Shown: one piece after another, positions 42,159 to 52,092 of the stretch
Layout of the letters: every line of letters starts with the position of its first letter
Numbering within the stretch: the stretch's first letter is position 1
Source: an uncultured bacterium
GTDB lineage: Bacteria; Verrucomicrobiota; Verrucomicrobiia; Verrucomicrobiales; DEV007
DNA length: 64,000 nt
NCBI GenBank assembly: GCA_963977015.1
Contig: CAXBMO010000021.1
Span: forward strand, 32,001-96,000
Direction: 5' to 3'
Notes under the pieces: generated by a model
What the model saw: only the letters and a program-made list of their open reading frames with translations
What the model was told of the DNA's origin: nothing
Database searches by the model: none
Position numbers and translations under genes: made by a program

Positions 42159-43417
42159 GCAACCTCCGCAACTACGCCCAAGTCACGGGCGCCTACTGGG
42201 CTTTCACGCTCACCGATGGCGCTCTGCGCATGATCGTTCTGCTGAACTTTCATGAGTGGGGCTATACGCCCTTTCAAATCGCGCTCCTCTTTCTCTTTTA
42301 CGAGATCTTCGGCGTCATCACCAACTTTGTCGGCGGCTGGATCGGAGCCCGCCTCGGCCTCAAGCCCACTCTCTACGCCGGCCTCATCATCCAGATCATC
42401 GCCTTGGCCGGCCTCGCCTTTCTCAACCAGGATTGGCCCCGCACATCGGCCGTTTCCTTCGTCATGGTGATGCAGGCCCTCTCCGGCATTGCCAAAGACC
42501 TCACCAAGATGAGTTCCAAGAGCGCAGTCAAGCTCCTCGTGCCCTCCGGAGAGCAAGGCAAACTCTTCAAATGGGTCGCCGCCCTCACCGGATCCAAAAA
42601 CGCGCTCAAAGGCGTCGGTTTCTTCCTCGGCGCCCTTCTCCTCCAGCTCACCGGCTTCTTCACCGCCTTGATGAGCCTCACCGGATTGATCGTCGTCGCC
42701 CTGTTGGCCTGCATGATCGGCATTCGCGGCGACTTCGGCAAATCCAGCACCAAACCCAAGTTCAAGGAAGTCTTTTCCAAGTCAAAAGAGGTCAACTGGC
42801 TCTCTGCCGCCCGCATGTTTCTCTTTGGCGCGCGCGATGTCTGGTTCGTCGTCGGCGTTCCCGTCTTTCTCCACAAAACCCTCGACTGGAGCTTCTGGGA
42901 AGTCGGCGGTTTCCTCGCCCTCTGGGTCATTGGCTACGGTATCATACAGGCCGCCGCGCCGGGATTGGTTCGTCGTCCCGGGGGCTCCCCACCGACCGGA
43001 AGATCCGCCACCATCCTCGCCCTGCTCCTCGCCTTCACCATGGGCGGCCTCATGTGGCTTCTTCAGGCCAATGACTTCATCGCTCCGGACCTCGCCATCA
43101 TCATTGGCCTCACCGCCTTCGGGATCGTCTTCGCCCTCAACTCCGCCGTTCATTCCTTCCTCATCGTCGCCTACTCCGACAGCGACAAGATCGCCATGAA
43201 CGTCGGCTTCTATTATATGGCCAACGCCTTGGGACGCCTCCTCGGCACCGTTCTCTCCGGCTACCTCTTTCAATACTACCACCTGCAAGGCTGCCTTCTC
43301 GCCTCCCTTGTTTTCGCCTTTGTTGCGGCGTTGCTGTCGCTCAAGCTTCCCAAGAAAGCGTTGGAGGATCGCAGCGGGGCAACCACGGTGATTCCGACAT
43401 CCGGCGTTTCCGGTTAG
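42155..43417 (+). CDS. arsJ: Organoarsenical (1-arseno-3-phosphoglycerate) efflux MFS permease ArsJ
   Basis: [51 protein letters not shown] and [12 protein letters not shown]; coupled to gap. Confidence 0.88.
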   Translation: MSNLRNYAQVTGAYWAFTLTDGALRMIVLLNFHEWGYTPFQIALLFLFYEIFGVITNFVGGWIGARLGLKPTLYAGLIIQIIALAGLAFLNQDWPRTSAVSFVMVMQALSGIAKDLTKMSSKSAVKLLVPSGEQGKLFKWVAALTGSKNALKGVGFFLGALLLQLTGFFTALMSLTGLIVVALLACMIGIRGDFGKSSTKPKFKEVFSKSKEVNWLSAARMFLFGARDVWFVVGVPVFLHKTLDWSFWEVGGFLALWVIGYGIIQAAAPGLVRRPGGSPPTGRSATILALLLAFTMGGLMWLLQANDFIAPDLAIIIGLTAFGIVFALNSAVHSFLIVAYSDSDKIAMNVGFYYMANALGRLLGTVLSGYLFQYYHLQGCLLASLVFAFVAALLSLKLPKKALEDRSGATTVIPTSGVSG

Positions 43418-43570
43418 GCTGATTTCAATTCGGGGAGCCCCGTTTCCAACCCGATGTGTCCTGAAGGGGCCCCGGAACCGTTCCGAAGCGGGCTCCACTT
43501 TCGCGCCTCCCTTCAGGAGGCATTATTCTTTCCCTCCCAGATACCCGGATCGAAATCCGGGCCTCATTTG

Positions 43571-43593
43571 CTGGATGCCTTCAGCATTCCTCA
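43571..43593 (+). repeat. 23-bp direct repeat, copy 1 (CTGGATGCCTTCAGCATTCCTCA)
   Basis: 21/23 identical to 45308-45330. Confidence 0.7.
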
Positions 43594-44262
43594 TCAGCAG
43601 GAAAATGGGAAGGAGATTGGATCGGTGATCCATAACGAGCCTGCCATCCCAATCGCGGCGATTCGACGTTCCCCGAGATAGGAAATGGGCAACAGCTGAG
43701 AACCTCTTCTTTCAAGATCAGAACCTTCCTAAGAAAGAGAATGGTGCTCCAGGATTTGTGGTGGTTTTCAAATCTGCATCTCGAGTAGAAATGCATCGTG
43801 CCAGCCCAACGGGCTGAGATATACAAGCCCAGGGCAAGCGAGGAACCAGCGCTGCCCTGGGATTGCCGAAGGGAAAAATGGGACCTGAAAGGGACCGACA
43901 ACCGTTGTCCCGGTCTTTCCCGTCCTCACTCGATTCATCGATTGTTGCCCCGACCCGCCGGTCGTTCCGCCGAGAGCGGTATGGGTCGACGGCATGGCGG
44001 CATTCTCGCGCCACCTTCGGGGCGCATTCAATTTCGAACGGGAACCGGTGGTTCCGCTACGCTCCACTACCAGCTAGGTTCTTTGGGAGCCTCCGGCTCG
44101 AACCGAGATCCCCCCATAGATCTCACCGAGAGTTCCAAGAGAATAAGAACACCCTTTCAGCCTCAAACAGACCGCACCTCAGCCCTTCCGTTGGTGCGAG
44201 GTGAAGTTTTCACCTTTGGATATCGCATTCCCAATTGGGAGAAGATAGGCTTCGTCACTAAA

Positions 44263-44769
44263 ATGAAATCCCTATCGACAGCCATACTTCTCCCATTCTT
44301 GTTTCTAACATCAGCCTCCGCCCGTCTTGGGGAAAACCTTGAACAGTGCATTGAACGCTATGGGGACCCGACATTTATCGCCGGCGAAGATGCTCCCAAA
44401 GAGCAGCCCAAAAGCATCGTCATGAAAGAGGGAATCAGTGAGTATTACTTCAATAAGGGAGGATTCGAAATCCGGTGTGAATTTTTTATGGGTATAGAAA
44501 CCTGCATTTTGATCACCTACCGGAAAGTTGAGAAAATCCGACTTCGTTTCGAAGAAATCGAAAACTTTCTGAAGATCAATGCGCCGGGAAGGACTTTTGA
44601 GAAGCATGATAGCACCCTGTCCTGGCGCGAATCAAATCTTCCCTATCAAAGGCGCATGGAAGGATACCTCGCCAACTGTGATGGCCAGCGTTTTTATTTA
44701 TCGGTTTGCGTCCCGAATTACAGCAAGATGACAGCCCCAAAAGATAACACTTCCACAGAAGGCTTGTGA
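44263..44769 (+). CDS. Hypothetical exported protein
   Basis: Signal peptide MKSLSTAILLPFLFLTSASA followed by RLGE..EQCIERYG; visibly more AT-rich than the core genes. Confidence 0.65.
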   Translation: MKSLSTAILLPFLFLTSASARLGENLEQCIERYGDPTFIAGEDAPKEQPKSIVMKEGISEYYFNKGGFEIRCEFFMGIETCILITYRKVEKIRLRFEEIENFLKINAPGRTFEKHDSTLSWRESNLPYQRRMEGYLANCDGQRFYLSVCVPNYSKMTAPKDNTSTEGL

Positions 44770-44793
44770 CAACGATTCCATACAACAACAGAA

Positions 44794-45288
44794 GTGAGAA
44801 AGCACCAGCATCCCCTACCCTCGATACCAAGAAAACCCAACACGCAGGCACAAATGGAAGCTGCCCCCCGTAAGAAGCTATATGGCGAAAAGATCACGAT
44901 CGGTTCCGACAGTTTATCCATCGGAAAGACGGAACTTCGCTTTTCTGAGATTACTCGACTTTCATCCTATTCGGATAAATGGAGCCCAATCGCCATTTTC
45001 CTGGCAGCGTTAACCTCATCCCAGATCGCATGGGCGATACTCCGCCGGGAGAATCATGGAATCCTTTCCTTCGTCTTCTTGGCGATCTTTGGACTTGGAA
45101 CCATCGTCGCCGTGTTCACTGGTATCGCGGCGATCCGCGCCAAGCCGCAGAAAATCGTAGTCATAGGAAAAGACCGAAAACCAATCCACTTCAGCGGAGT
45201 CTCGAAAGCCGACGCCGAGAGAATTGAAGCGGCGTATGCCGACGCATCGTCAGACCAACGATCCATCAGTAACGATGATCAAACCTGA
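44794..45288 (+). CDS. Hypothetical 2-TM membrane protein
   Basis: Two hydrophobic helices flanked by beta-rich segments; start uncertain. Confidence 0.6.
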   Translation: MRKHQHPLPSIPRKPNTQAQMEAAPRKKLYGEKITIGSDSLSIGKTELRFSEITRLSSYSDKWSPIAIFLAALTSSQIAWAILRRENHGILSFVFLAIFGLGTIVAVFTGIAAIRAKPQKIVVIGKDRKPIHFSGVSKADAERIEAAYADASSDQRSISNDDQT

Positions 45289-45307
45289 CAAGCCAGTTCC
45301 TGTTTTA

Positions 45308-45330
45308 CTGGATGCGTTCAGCATCCCTCA
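45308..45330 (+). repeat. 23-bp direct repeat, copy 2 (CTGGATGCGTTCAGCATCCCTCA), contains hairpin GGATGC-N5-GCATCC
   Basis: Matches 43571-43593; lies between convergent genes and includes the stop codon of 45328-46068. Confidence 0.7.
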
Positions 45331-46068
45331 ATCTTTCGCGCTCTTCTTCGCTGACTCCAACCAAACGGCGTCCCGTAACTTTGAATCGCTGGATTTGGCT
45401 TCGAAGACCATTTTGTCTTGGTGATAGACGCGAATCCACGCCCCTTCGAGGTCTTCCTCCATATCCTTGCCCACGCTGCCGGATGAACCTTTGACAATGG
45501 GTTCGTAGGATTTCACTTCAACAGCTGCGGTGGTAAAGGTTGCGTCGTTTCGTCCCTCCAACTTCGCGAGAACGGTTTCGCCAACGGTTACCAAATGTTC
45601 TCCCGACTGTTGTTGCCCAGAGGTGGTCCGCATCACTCCGGCGGGTGTCTTGAAGAGTTGATACTCCACCTTGAGATCGCTGAGGTCCGTAGGATCGGTG
45701 TTGGCCAGCGTCACCTCATAGGCCCACTTCTCCAGGGTGGTTTTTACCGATGACGTCTTGGTTTGTTCCCGCTCCAAACGATCCGCCTTGAATTTGGCTT
45801 CCAGGCGATAGTTCATTTGGGCCGGGTTCTTCGTCAGCCATTCGCTAATATATTCCTGATCTTCTTTCGAGAATACGGCGATCTTGGTGGTTATCTCCCG
45901 GCCATCTGCCAGTTTGAGGGTAACCATTTCTGAAGTTGCGGAGACGATCTCCGCTTTCAGGACTTTGCCGGCGGGATTGCGAAATTCCCGAAGTTCTCCC
46001 GCGAAAACGGGTTGCATGACAAGGGTGAATACGCCGGAAACAAGGAGAGATAAGAATGAAGTTTTCAT
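45328..46068 (-). CDS. Exported protein with SHD1-like N-terminal domain
   Basis: Signal peptide; REFRNPAGKVLKAEIV...VTLKLADG......FSKEDQEYI..W is an SHD1-like pattern. Confidence 0.72.
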   Translation of the reverse strand: MKTSFLSLLVSGVFTLVMQPVFAGELREFRNPAGKVLKAEIVSATSEMVTLKLADGREITTKIAVFSKEDQEYISEWLTKNPAQMNYRLEAKFKADRLEREQTKTSSVKTTLEKWAYEVTLANTDPTDLSDLKVEYQLFKTPAGVMRTTSGQQQSGEHLVTVGETVLAKLEGRNDATFTTAAVEVKSYEPIVKGSSGSVGKDMEEDLEGAWIRVYHQDKMVFEAKSSDSKLRDAVWLESAKKSAKD

Positions 46069-46244
46069 TGTCTTGACTGCATTGTGGGCGAGCAACGGAC
46101 GACACTGAATCAAGCCTGCCTTGCTGCCCTTGCCGAAATACCACAATCGTTTGCGGTGCTTGTCAAGCGACAGTCCGCACTTCGATGCAAGGGCCTGCCA
46201 TTACGCAGCCTCTTGATGTGAATGATTGAACAGCGTTACGCCGC

Positions 46245-49200
46245 CTACTTTACAATCATCTCGCCCTTCATGATGATCCAATGCCCGGGAAAGGTGCACA
46301 TGTAAGGATAGACGCCGGGGCTTTTGGGTGCCTTGAAGCGCAGAACTTCGACCGTATCGGGCGCGAGCATCTTGGTATGATGAAGAATCTTGTTCGCCTT
46401 GGACTTGGGGATGAATTGCCCCTTCGCCATTTCCTTGGGATCTTTGGCCAGTTCGTTCGCGGCCATGCCGATTTCTTCGACCGTTCCCGGTTCGACGATG
46501 GCAAGATTGTGTGGGGTGGCATCCGGGTTGGTAAAGACCAGTTTCACGGGTTGGCCGGCTTTGACTTCGAACTTGTCGACCGTGTAGCGGATCTGCTCTT
46601 TCACACAGCTGATCTTGACCGTCTTGAGGCCCTTCTGGTTATCGAAGCCCGCCTCTTTGGCGGTTCGCTTTGCCGGTTTCGTTTTCTGCGACTTCTCGAA
46701 CTGCTGGAGGAACTCGTTCAATTGGGGATGCGCGGCATTCAAGGCTTCGTTCCCCTGCCAGAGCGGCTTGAGAGTCCGCGACCCCAGTGACGTGCGAATC
46801 CCGTAACTCAGGTGCCCACCTTTCGGGTGATTCAACGTATCGAGCATCGCGACCAGAGCATCCTCCGTTCCAAAGTAACTTGCAGCAATCGCGGCCTGAA
46901 GCCGGACGGTCGCGCTCTCATCATTCGCCCTGTCGCGGAGCAACTTGGTGGCGTCGGAATAGGCGGGGAACCAGTAGCGAAGCTGCTTGGTGGCGGCCGC
47001 TCTCGCCTCGGGAACTTCGCAGACGAGCAGCTCGGCAAGGAGTTCCTTCCTGACACGCTCGATTCCGCGATAGACCCAGACGGCTACCATCTGGCGATGC
47101 CGGAAACGCGGATCGTTCGGATCAAGATTCTCCACCCATGCGTCCAACGCGGCGACGACCGCATCGGGATCGCATTCGCGCAATTCACGCTTGGCCCAAT
47201 AGCGATAGCGATACTCGGGACGCTTGAGAAGATCGAGGAGTTCGGGAATGGAGGCACCGGCGATTTTCGGCGGATCCTGGGGCTCGGCCCCTTTCGGCAT
47301 GATGCGCCAGATTCGTCCGGAGTGACGATCGCGGCGCGGATCCCGAAGCGAATATTGGGCATGCCCTTTGACCGGGTTGTACCAATCGCAGACATACATG
47401 GCGCCACGTGGACCCGAGCGAACATCGACTGGAATAAAGCTCAAATTTGTGGAGAAAATGAGATCGCTGACATACTCTTCATCATAACCAAATTCGGTTT
47501 TCTTCCACTTGTGGATCTCGATGCGGTTGGTGGGTTTGTAGCGCGCTTTGATGAAGCCGCCCTGCATCTCCGCCGGCCAACTGGCGAAGTCGACAAACTC
47601 CTGGCCGCAGGTTCCGGAATAGGCATTGAGCCCGGCAGGTTTGGGATGTTGCTCCGGGTAAACCGGGTCGAGCGCATGAAAGGCTTCGGCGTAGACCGGA
47701 TGGCTTGCCATGTGTTGCCCCCAATCATCAAAGGTCACGCCCCACGGGTTGGTGCTGTGATAGGTTCCAAACGAGGTGAGGCGATGAAGGCGCGGCTCGA
47801 ACCGAAACCAGCCTGAGTTCATCTGCCGGACCGGTCCGTAGGGAGTCTCCACCTGACTGTGGTGAAAGATAGATTCGCGGAAAATGAGATCTCCATCCGG
47901 CGACCAGACGAAATCGTGAAGTGCGTGGTGAGAGTCTTCGCAGCCAAATCCGGTCAGGATGATTTCGCGATGATCCGCCTTGCCGTCTCCATCGGTGTCC
48001 TTGAGGAAGGTCATGTGTGGCTCCTCGGAGACATAAACGCCGCCATCGCCGAATTCGAAGCTGAGCGGAATGTGGAGGTCGTCCGCAAACACGCTCGACT
48101 TGTCCGCTTTGCCGTCTCCGTCCGTGTCCTCCAAAATCACGAGCTTGTCGTTGGGCTCGTTGCCGGGATAAACGTGAGGGTAGGTTGTCGAACAGCTGAC
48201 CCACATCCGGCCCTGGGAATCCCAACGCATCTGGATGGGACAGGCGATATCCGGAAACTCTTCTTCCCCCGCAAACAGAGTCACTTCAAAACGCGGATCG
48301 ACCTGGAACGCCTTCAGTTCGTCCGCCGCCGTCATCCACTTGTTCGCGCCACGACTCTCTTTGGATGGAGGAAGGGGTGGGATGTTGGAATCGTCAACGA
48401 CTCCTTCCCCGCCTTGTACCAGATCCCAAATCGCCTGCTCGCGATTCGCGACCATCAACTCAAAGTTCTTCATCGCGGGAAGAAAATCGAGGTAGCCATA
48501 ACTCTTGTTTCGTCCTCCTGTATAATAGAAGGTATTGACCGGCCGATAGCGGCGAAAGTACTGACGGCTCTTATCCTTCACCAGCTCGCGAAGGCCTTCG
48601 GGAAGTGAATCCGCGGCGTCCGCCTTGAAGCAGCCCTTGATCAAGGCGCGCCCCAGTGCCTCGTAGCCATGTTCATTCAGGTGACAGCCGTTGATCGTGA
48701 GTTGTTGATCCGGCTCACCGCCTTCCTGATTGAACACATCGACGAATCCGACGTGTTGATCAGCGGCAACCGCAGCCATCACTTCGGTGTAGCGGGCGAG
48801 TCGCGCATTGGTTTCGGCAGCCTTGGAAAAGCCATCGACGTTCTCGGTCTTGACCGGAGAAACCAGAACGATGCGAGGACCAGATTCGCCATTGAACGCC
48901 TTCGATTTCAGATCCGCCAAAAAGCCGGTGAGCTTGGTTCGAAAATCTGAGAGGCCTGCTTCGCCGGCAAACGACTCGTTGAAACCGTAGGCCGCAAAAA
49001 TCACGTCGATCTTCTCATGAAACAGATGCTGCTCCGTATCCGCAAAATTGTCGGGACGCGGTTCCAGCCCGATTTCGTCAGCCGGCCAGGCGAGATTCTT
49101 CACCACCAGCTTATGCTCCGGAAACTGAAGCTGGAGCATCGACTCAAAGAATCCGAATTCCTTCATTCGGTCGAAAAGCGTGTTCCCGATCAAGGCGACC

Positions 49201-49460
49201 CGATCTCCTTTTTCAAGTTGAAGCGGCAGGCTGGTTGAAACAGGCTCGGTTTTCTCGGGTCGTGGTGCGGTGGCCGCGTAAATCGCATACTTGGCGAATT
49301 CGGGATCTTCCGGAGGAGCGGGCTTGTCGATCGTTTGATTCTTGGCGTCTGACTTTCCGATTTTGGCCTTGTCAGCATCAGTTACCGTTTGGCCATTCGC
49401 CAGGTGGGCGACGAAAAAGAGAACACAAGCCGGGAGCAAGAGACGAAAAGGGATTTTCAT
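46245..49460 (-). CDS. PVC-type membrane-bound dehydrogenase-like protein (SGNH + beta-propeller + HEAT + C-terminal cupredoxin)
   Basis: LIGNT...GFNES...NGCH SGNH motifs; EDTDGDGKAD repeats; NPWG..FDDWG; HN...YMCTFPGHWIIM type-1 copper site. Confidence 0.85.
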   Translation of the reverse strand: MKIPFRLLLPACVLFFVAHLANGQTVTDADKAKIGKSDAKNQTIDKPAPPEDPEFAKYAIYAATAPRPEKTEPVSTSLPLQLEKGDRVALIGNTLFDRMKEFGFFESMLQLQFPEHKLVVKNLAWPADEIGLEPRPDNFADTEQHLFHEKIDVIFAAYGFNESFAGEAGLSDFRTKLTGFLADLKSKAFNGESGPRIVLVSPVKTENVDGFSKAAETNARLARYTEVMAAVAADQHVGFVDVFNQEGGEPDQQLTINGCHLNEHGYEALGRALIKGCFKADAADSLPEGLRELVKDKSRQYFRRYRPVNTFYYTGGRNKSYGYLDFLPAMKNFELMVANREQAIWDLVQGGEGVVDDSNIPPLPPSKESRGANKWMTAADELKAFQVDPRFEVTLFAGEEEFPDIACPIQMRWDSQGRMWVSCSTTYPHVYPGNEPNDKLVILEDTDGDGKADKSSVFADDLHIPLSFEFGDGGVYVSEEPHMTFLKDTDGDGKADHREIILTGFGCEDSHHALHDFVWSPDGDLIFRESIFHHSQVETPYGPVRQMNSGWFRFEPRLHRLTSFGTYHSTNPWGVTFDDWGQHMASHPVYAEAFHALDPVYPEQHPKPAGLNAYSGTCGQEFVDFASWPAEMQGGFIKARYKPTNRIEIHKWKKTEFGYDEEYVSDLIFSTNLSFIPVDVRSGPRGAMYVCDWYNPVKGHAQYSLRDPRRDRHSGRIWRIMPKGAEPQDPPKIAGASIPELLDLLKRPEYRYRYWAKRELRECDPDAVVAALDAWVENLDPNDPRFRHRQMVAVWVYRGIERVRKELLAELLVCEVPEARAAATKQLRYWFPAYSDATKLLRDRANDESATVRLQAAIAASYFGTEDALVAMLDTLNHPKGGHLSYGIRTSLGSRTLKPLWQGNEALNAAHPQLNEFLQQFEKSQKTKPAKRTAKEAGFDNQKGLKTVKISCVKEQIRYTVDKFEVKAGQPVKLVFTNPDATPHNLAIVEPGTVEEIGMAANELAKDPKEMAKGQFIPKSKANKILHHTKMLAPDTVEVLRFKAPKSPGVYPYMCTFPGHWIIMKGEMIVK

Positions 49461-49551
49461 GGCGCACCAACGGAACGCCTTCCCTGCCACGGCGCAAGTT
49501 TTTGTCGCCCCCCTCCCATCGGCGGCTAAAAAGGCCGGAAACAACGCTAGG

Positions 49552-50862
49552 TTAGGATCCCTCCTCCGGAGAATCCAACGTCGCCTTCGCGCTGTGACGA
49601 TCCACAACCAGATGAGTCACGATCGGCGCTTCCTGATCCAGAACCGCCCGCAAAACCTGGGATTTTTCCATGTGACAGCGGCCACACGGCCCAAGCACCA
49701 ATACGACTTTGCCATCGCGATCTCGAATGTGGCTCGCAACCTCGTGGAGATCAATCAACGTCATCGGCCGATAGTGGAGCGTTTTCTTCTGCTCCCCTCG
49801 CAAGGAACCAAACTCAAACGGCTCCTTGTCCATGATCGGCAGCCAGAGCAAATCGCCTTTCACGCCTTTGGATTTCAACAGGTTCCGCTTCTCGCCATCT
49901 GTTTGGTAATAGCGACTGAAGGTTGAATGAACATCATCAATGCTTCCCGCGCCGGTCAGGACGATATCCAATCCCTTTTCCGTAAAGAACTTACGGAGTT
50001 CGGTCGCCGCCTCCAACGCAACACTTCGCTTTCCGATTTCGACAAACGGAGACGAGTTGAAGCACTTGAACGTCGATCGCGAACGAAGCGGTTCCTCGTT
50101 TAACATCAACGTGAGGAACGAGATGGGATTGGTTTGCGGGCGAATGTCGAACCCCGATACCAGATTGGTAACCGTCAACCGCAACATCACCCGAAACCGA
50201 CGTCGAAAGAGGCTCGATTTCTCCTGAACTTCGTCGCCCTGCCCTGCTTTCTGTTTCGCATCAAAGACCTCTTCCTTGAGTTCGCGCTCCAAGTCCTCAA
50301 CCATCCGCGAGAGTCGCAGCTTCAACTCCATCGAGAGAATCTGCATCATTCGACCACCGCTAAATCCCATCTTCACATTCACGATCATCGGCTCGGGATT
50401 CGGGTCATCCCGGGAAACGGAAGTCGCACCTTTTGATCTTGGCCCGGAAAGCGGCTCAACTTCGGCCTTGTCCTTGAGTTCCCAATCAATCGCCTGCTCC
50501 CGCGCCCGTTTCCTTGCCGTGGTTTCAACGATGCGACACACCATTTGTGCGGCTTCGGTCACGGTCGTCATTCGCTCTCCCGCGCTCGGGACATGAACTT
50601 CGCTCAGATTCGGATATCGCTCCCGTAGCCGGTTCGTCAGATCCAGTTCTGCGGACGGATTGTAGGTCAGCCACCCCCAACTGGTCGCCATCGCGAGATC
50701 CTGATAGGGAGTGTCTCGACTGATGTCGGTGATCCCATGCTCACGCTTGAGGATTTCGACCACCGCAGAGATCGGGTGCCCCTGACAGATGTAAAATGCT
50801 GTCATGTCGATCCGGGTCCGTCGATCGATTGGCTTGGGGATTGGCTTGGAGTAAAAGTCCAT
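49552..50862 (-). CDS. Divergent SorC/DeoR-family regulator (HTH + sugar-binding domain)
   Basis: N-terminal HTH-like region; MGFSGGR, DIVLTGAGSI, GVKGDL and K...LRAVL...IVTHLVVD..SA resemble the SorC/CggR effector domain; carries an extra CGRCH motif. Confidence 0.68.
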   Translation of the reverse strand: MDFYSKPIPKPIDRRTRIDMTAFYICQGHPISAVVEILKREHGITDISRDTPYQDLAMATSWGWLTYNPSAELDLTNRLRERYPNLSEVHVPSAGERMTTVTEAAQMVCRIVETTARKRAREQAIDWELKDKAEVEPLSGPRSKGATSVSRDDPNPEPMIVNVKMGFSGGRMMQILSMELKLRLSRMVEDLERELKEEVFDAKQKAGQGDEVQEKSSLFRRRFRVMLRLTVTNLVSGFDIRPQTNPISFLTLMLNEEPLRSRSTFKCFNSSPFVEIGKRSVALEAATELRKFFTEKGLDIVLTGAGSIDDVHSTFSRYYQTDGEKRNLLKSKGVKGDLLWLPIMDKEPFEFGSLRGEQKKTLHYRPMTLIDLHEVASHIRDRDGKVVLVLGPCGRCHMEKSQVLRAVLDQEAPIVTHLVVDRHSAKATLDSPEEGS

Positions 50863-51029
50863 ATGGCTGGTCGGTCACTGCCCCAAACTGTTTGAATCTA
50901 ACAATGACAAAATATTCAGTCTCCTGCAAGATAAAACAACTTTGCATTTGATTTTACAAGGAATTTGAAAAACTTTGTTCGGTCAGGGTTTAATTTTCTA
51001 AAAAACACGCCCTAACAAAACGCGAAACC

Positions 51030-51245
51030 ATGGGAAATCCCAACAAATCCACCGTTCGCCCACTGACTCTCGAGGAGCTGCGCAGCTCCTTACAGGGTAA
51101 CATGACGCCGTTTGCTAGTCTAGCAGAACGGTTTCTGAGTTTGATTCCGGAAACACCAACCGAAGTCACAACGCCATCATTCAACACCCGCGCCGAGAGG
51201 CGCCACTTCGTCCGGTCGACACTCGTGCCGCCAGACGAATTCTAA
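51030..51245 (+). CDS. Small hypothetical protein (71 aa)
   Basis: ATG ORF just after the AT-rich divergent promoter region and co-oriented with the downstream genes; no motif recognised. Confidence 0.45.
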   Translation: MGNPNKSTVRPLTLEELRSSLQGNMTPFASLAERFLSLIPETPTEVTTPSFNTRAERRHFVRSTLVPPDEF

Positions 51246-51295
51246 CTACCGCCTGGGAAAAGCCACCCTCTTCCCAGGCGCACTTACTGCTTCTA

Positions 51296-52009
51296 ATGTC
51301 CCACCACCAAGAAGAAAAACTCCCGGTAAAAAGCAAATCAACACTCAACCCCAGACCTGAAGAAGAGGAACCCAAATCGGATTCTTCAAATCCCCCCCAA
51401 CAAGATCCCCCCAACGACGAAGCCCCGGTAAAGGACGATTGCTCCGGCATCGAGGGTAACGAGGCGACCGTCCCAGTTGACGAACCGCCGAAGCACTCCC
51501 CGACCGACAACTCGAGCAGTCCTGACAACGCAACTGACGAGAATGACGATTCGGTTGAGGAGGAAGAGCTTCATCCATCCCAGGCTGTTGAAGACCTGGC
51601 CAAACAGCACTTCCAATCCGAACAGGCACCGGACCTCACGGCCGATCCTGTTTCGGAAGAATGCGAACTCGTTCCCCGGTTGCTCTTCGTGAAGGTGACC
51701 AAACGGTTTGAAAAGGGAGCCTGCGAATTCAGCTTCGAAGGTGAAAAAGTCATCCTGGCACGAAAACTAAGCGAACTCCTCGAGGCTCTGCTCCTCGACG
51801 ATGGTCCCAGTCATGATGAATTTGTCCGATTCAAATCGATCACCGAACTCATGATGAAGCTCCGCATTTCACGCAGTAGCCTGCACAATGCTGTCGGGCG
51901 ACTCCGAGAAGTGTTGAGTGAACACTTGTTCCTCCTCGGCGACCCCATCGAATCTGACCGGAATCTCGGCTATCGGATTTCTCTGCTCAACCGGCAGTTG
52001 CTCGGCTAG
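51296..52009 (+). CDS. Winged-helix (OmpR/Trans_reg_C-like) DNA-binding protein with acidic disordered N-terminus
   Basis: C-terminal SELLEALL...KSITELM..L..SRSSLHNAVGRLREVL...IESDRNLGYRI; first ~120 aa are E/D/P/S low-complexity; no receiver domain. Confidence 0.68.
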   Translation: MSHHQEEKLPVKSKSTLNPRPEEEEPKSDSSNPPQQDPPNDEAPVKDDCSGIEGNEATVPVDEPPKHSPTDNSSSPDNATDENDDSVEEEELHPSQAVEDLAKQHFQSEQAPDLTADPVSEECELVPRLLFVKVTKRFEKGACEFSFEGEKVILARKLSELLEALLLDDGPSHDEFVRFKSITELMMKLRISRSSLHNAVGRLREVLSEHLFLLGDPIESDRNLGYRISLLNRQLLG

Positions 52010-52044
52010 AGCGAGCGAATTGGGAAAAAAGGACAAGAAAAGAG

Positions 52045-52074
52045 CCTCGCTCACAAAAACTGGCGATCCCTGTG
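52045..52074 (+). promoter_or_regulatory. Shared upstream motif CCTCGCTCACAAA-N13-TGTG (operon A)
   Basis: Identical 13-mer and identically spaced TGTG at 59814-59843. Confidence 0.65.
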
Positions 52075-52092
52075 TTTCCGTAGGGGTCGACC

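Noticed and set aside
43413-43450. GTTAGGC as an integron attC/attI core next to orphan ORFs
   Set aside because: No properly ordered RYYYAAC...GTTRRRY pair with internal symmetry, and no integrase.
43798-44262. 5' extension of the 323-aa ORF
   Set aside because: A clear signal peptide begins at ATG 44263, and the upstream part looks non-coding.
49552-50862. CGRCH as a c-type cytochrome heme site
   Set aside because: The protein has no export signal and looks like a cytoplasmic regulator, so covalent heme attachment is unlikely.
51030-51245. Small ORF as a Pup/UBact tag for the ARC ATPase
   Set aside because: It ends in PPDEF, not GGE/GGQ or R[ST]G[EQ], and no PafA/Dop gene is in the window.
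51296-52009. C-terminal LG of the wHTH protein as a second conjugatable terminus
   Set aside because: Only a two-residue match with no beta-grasp domain; probably chance.
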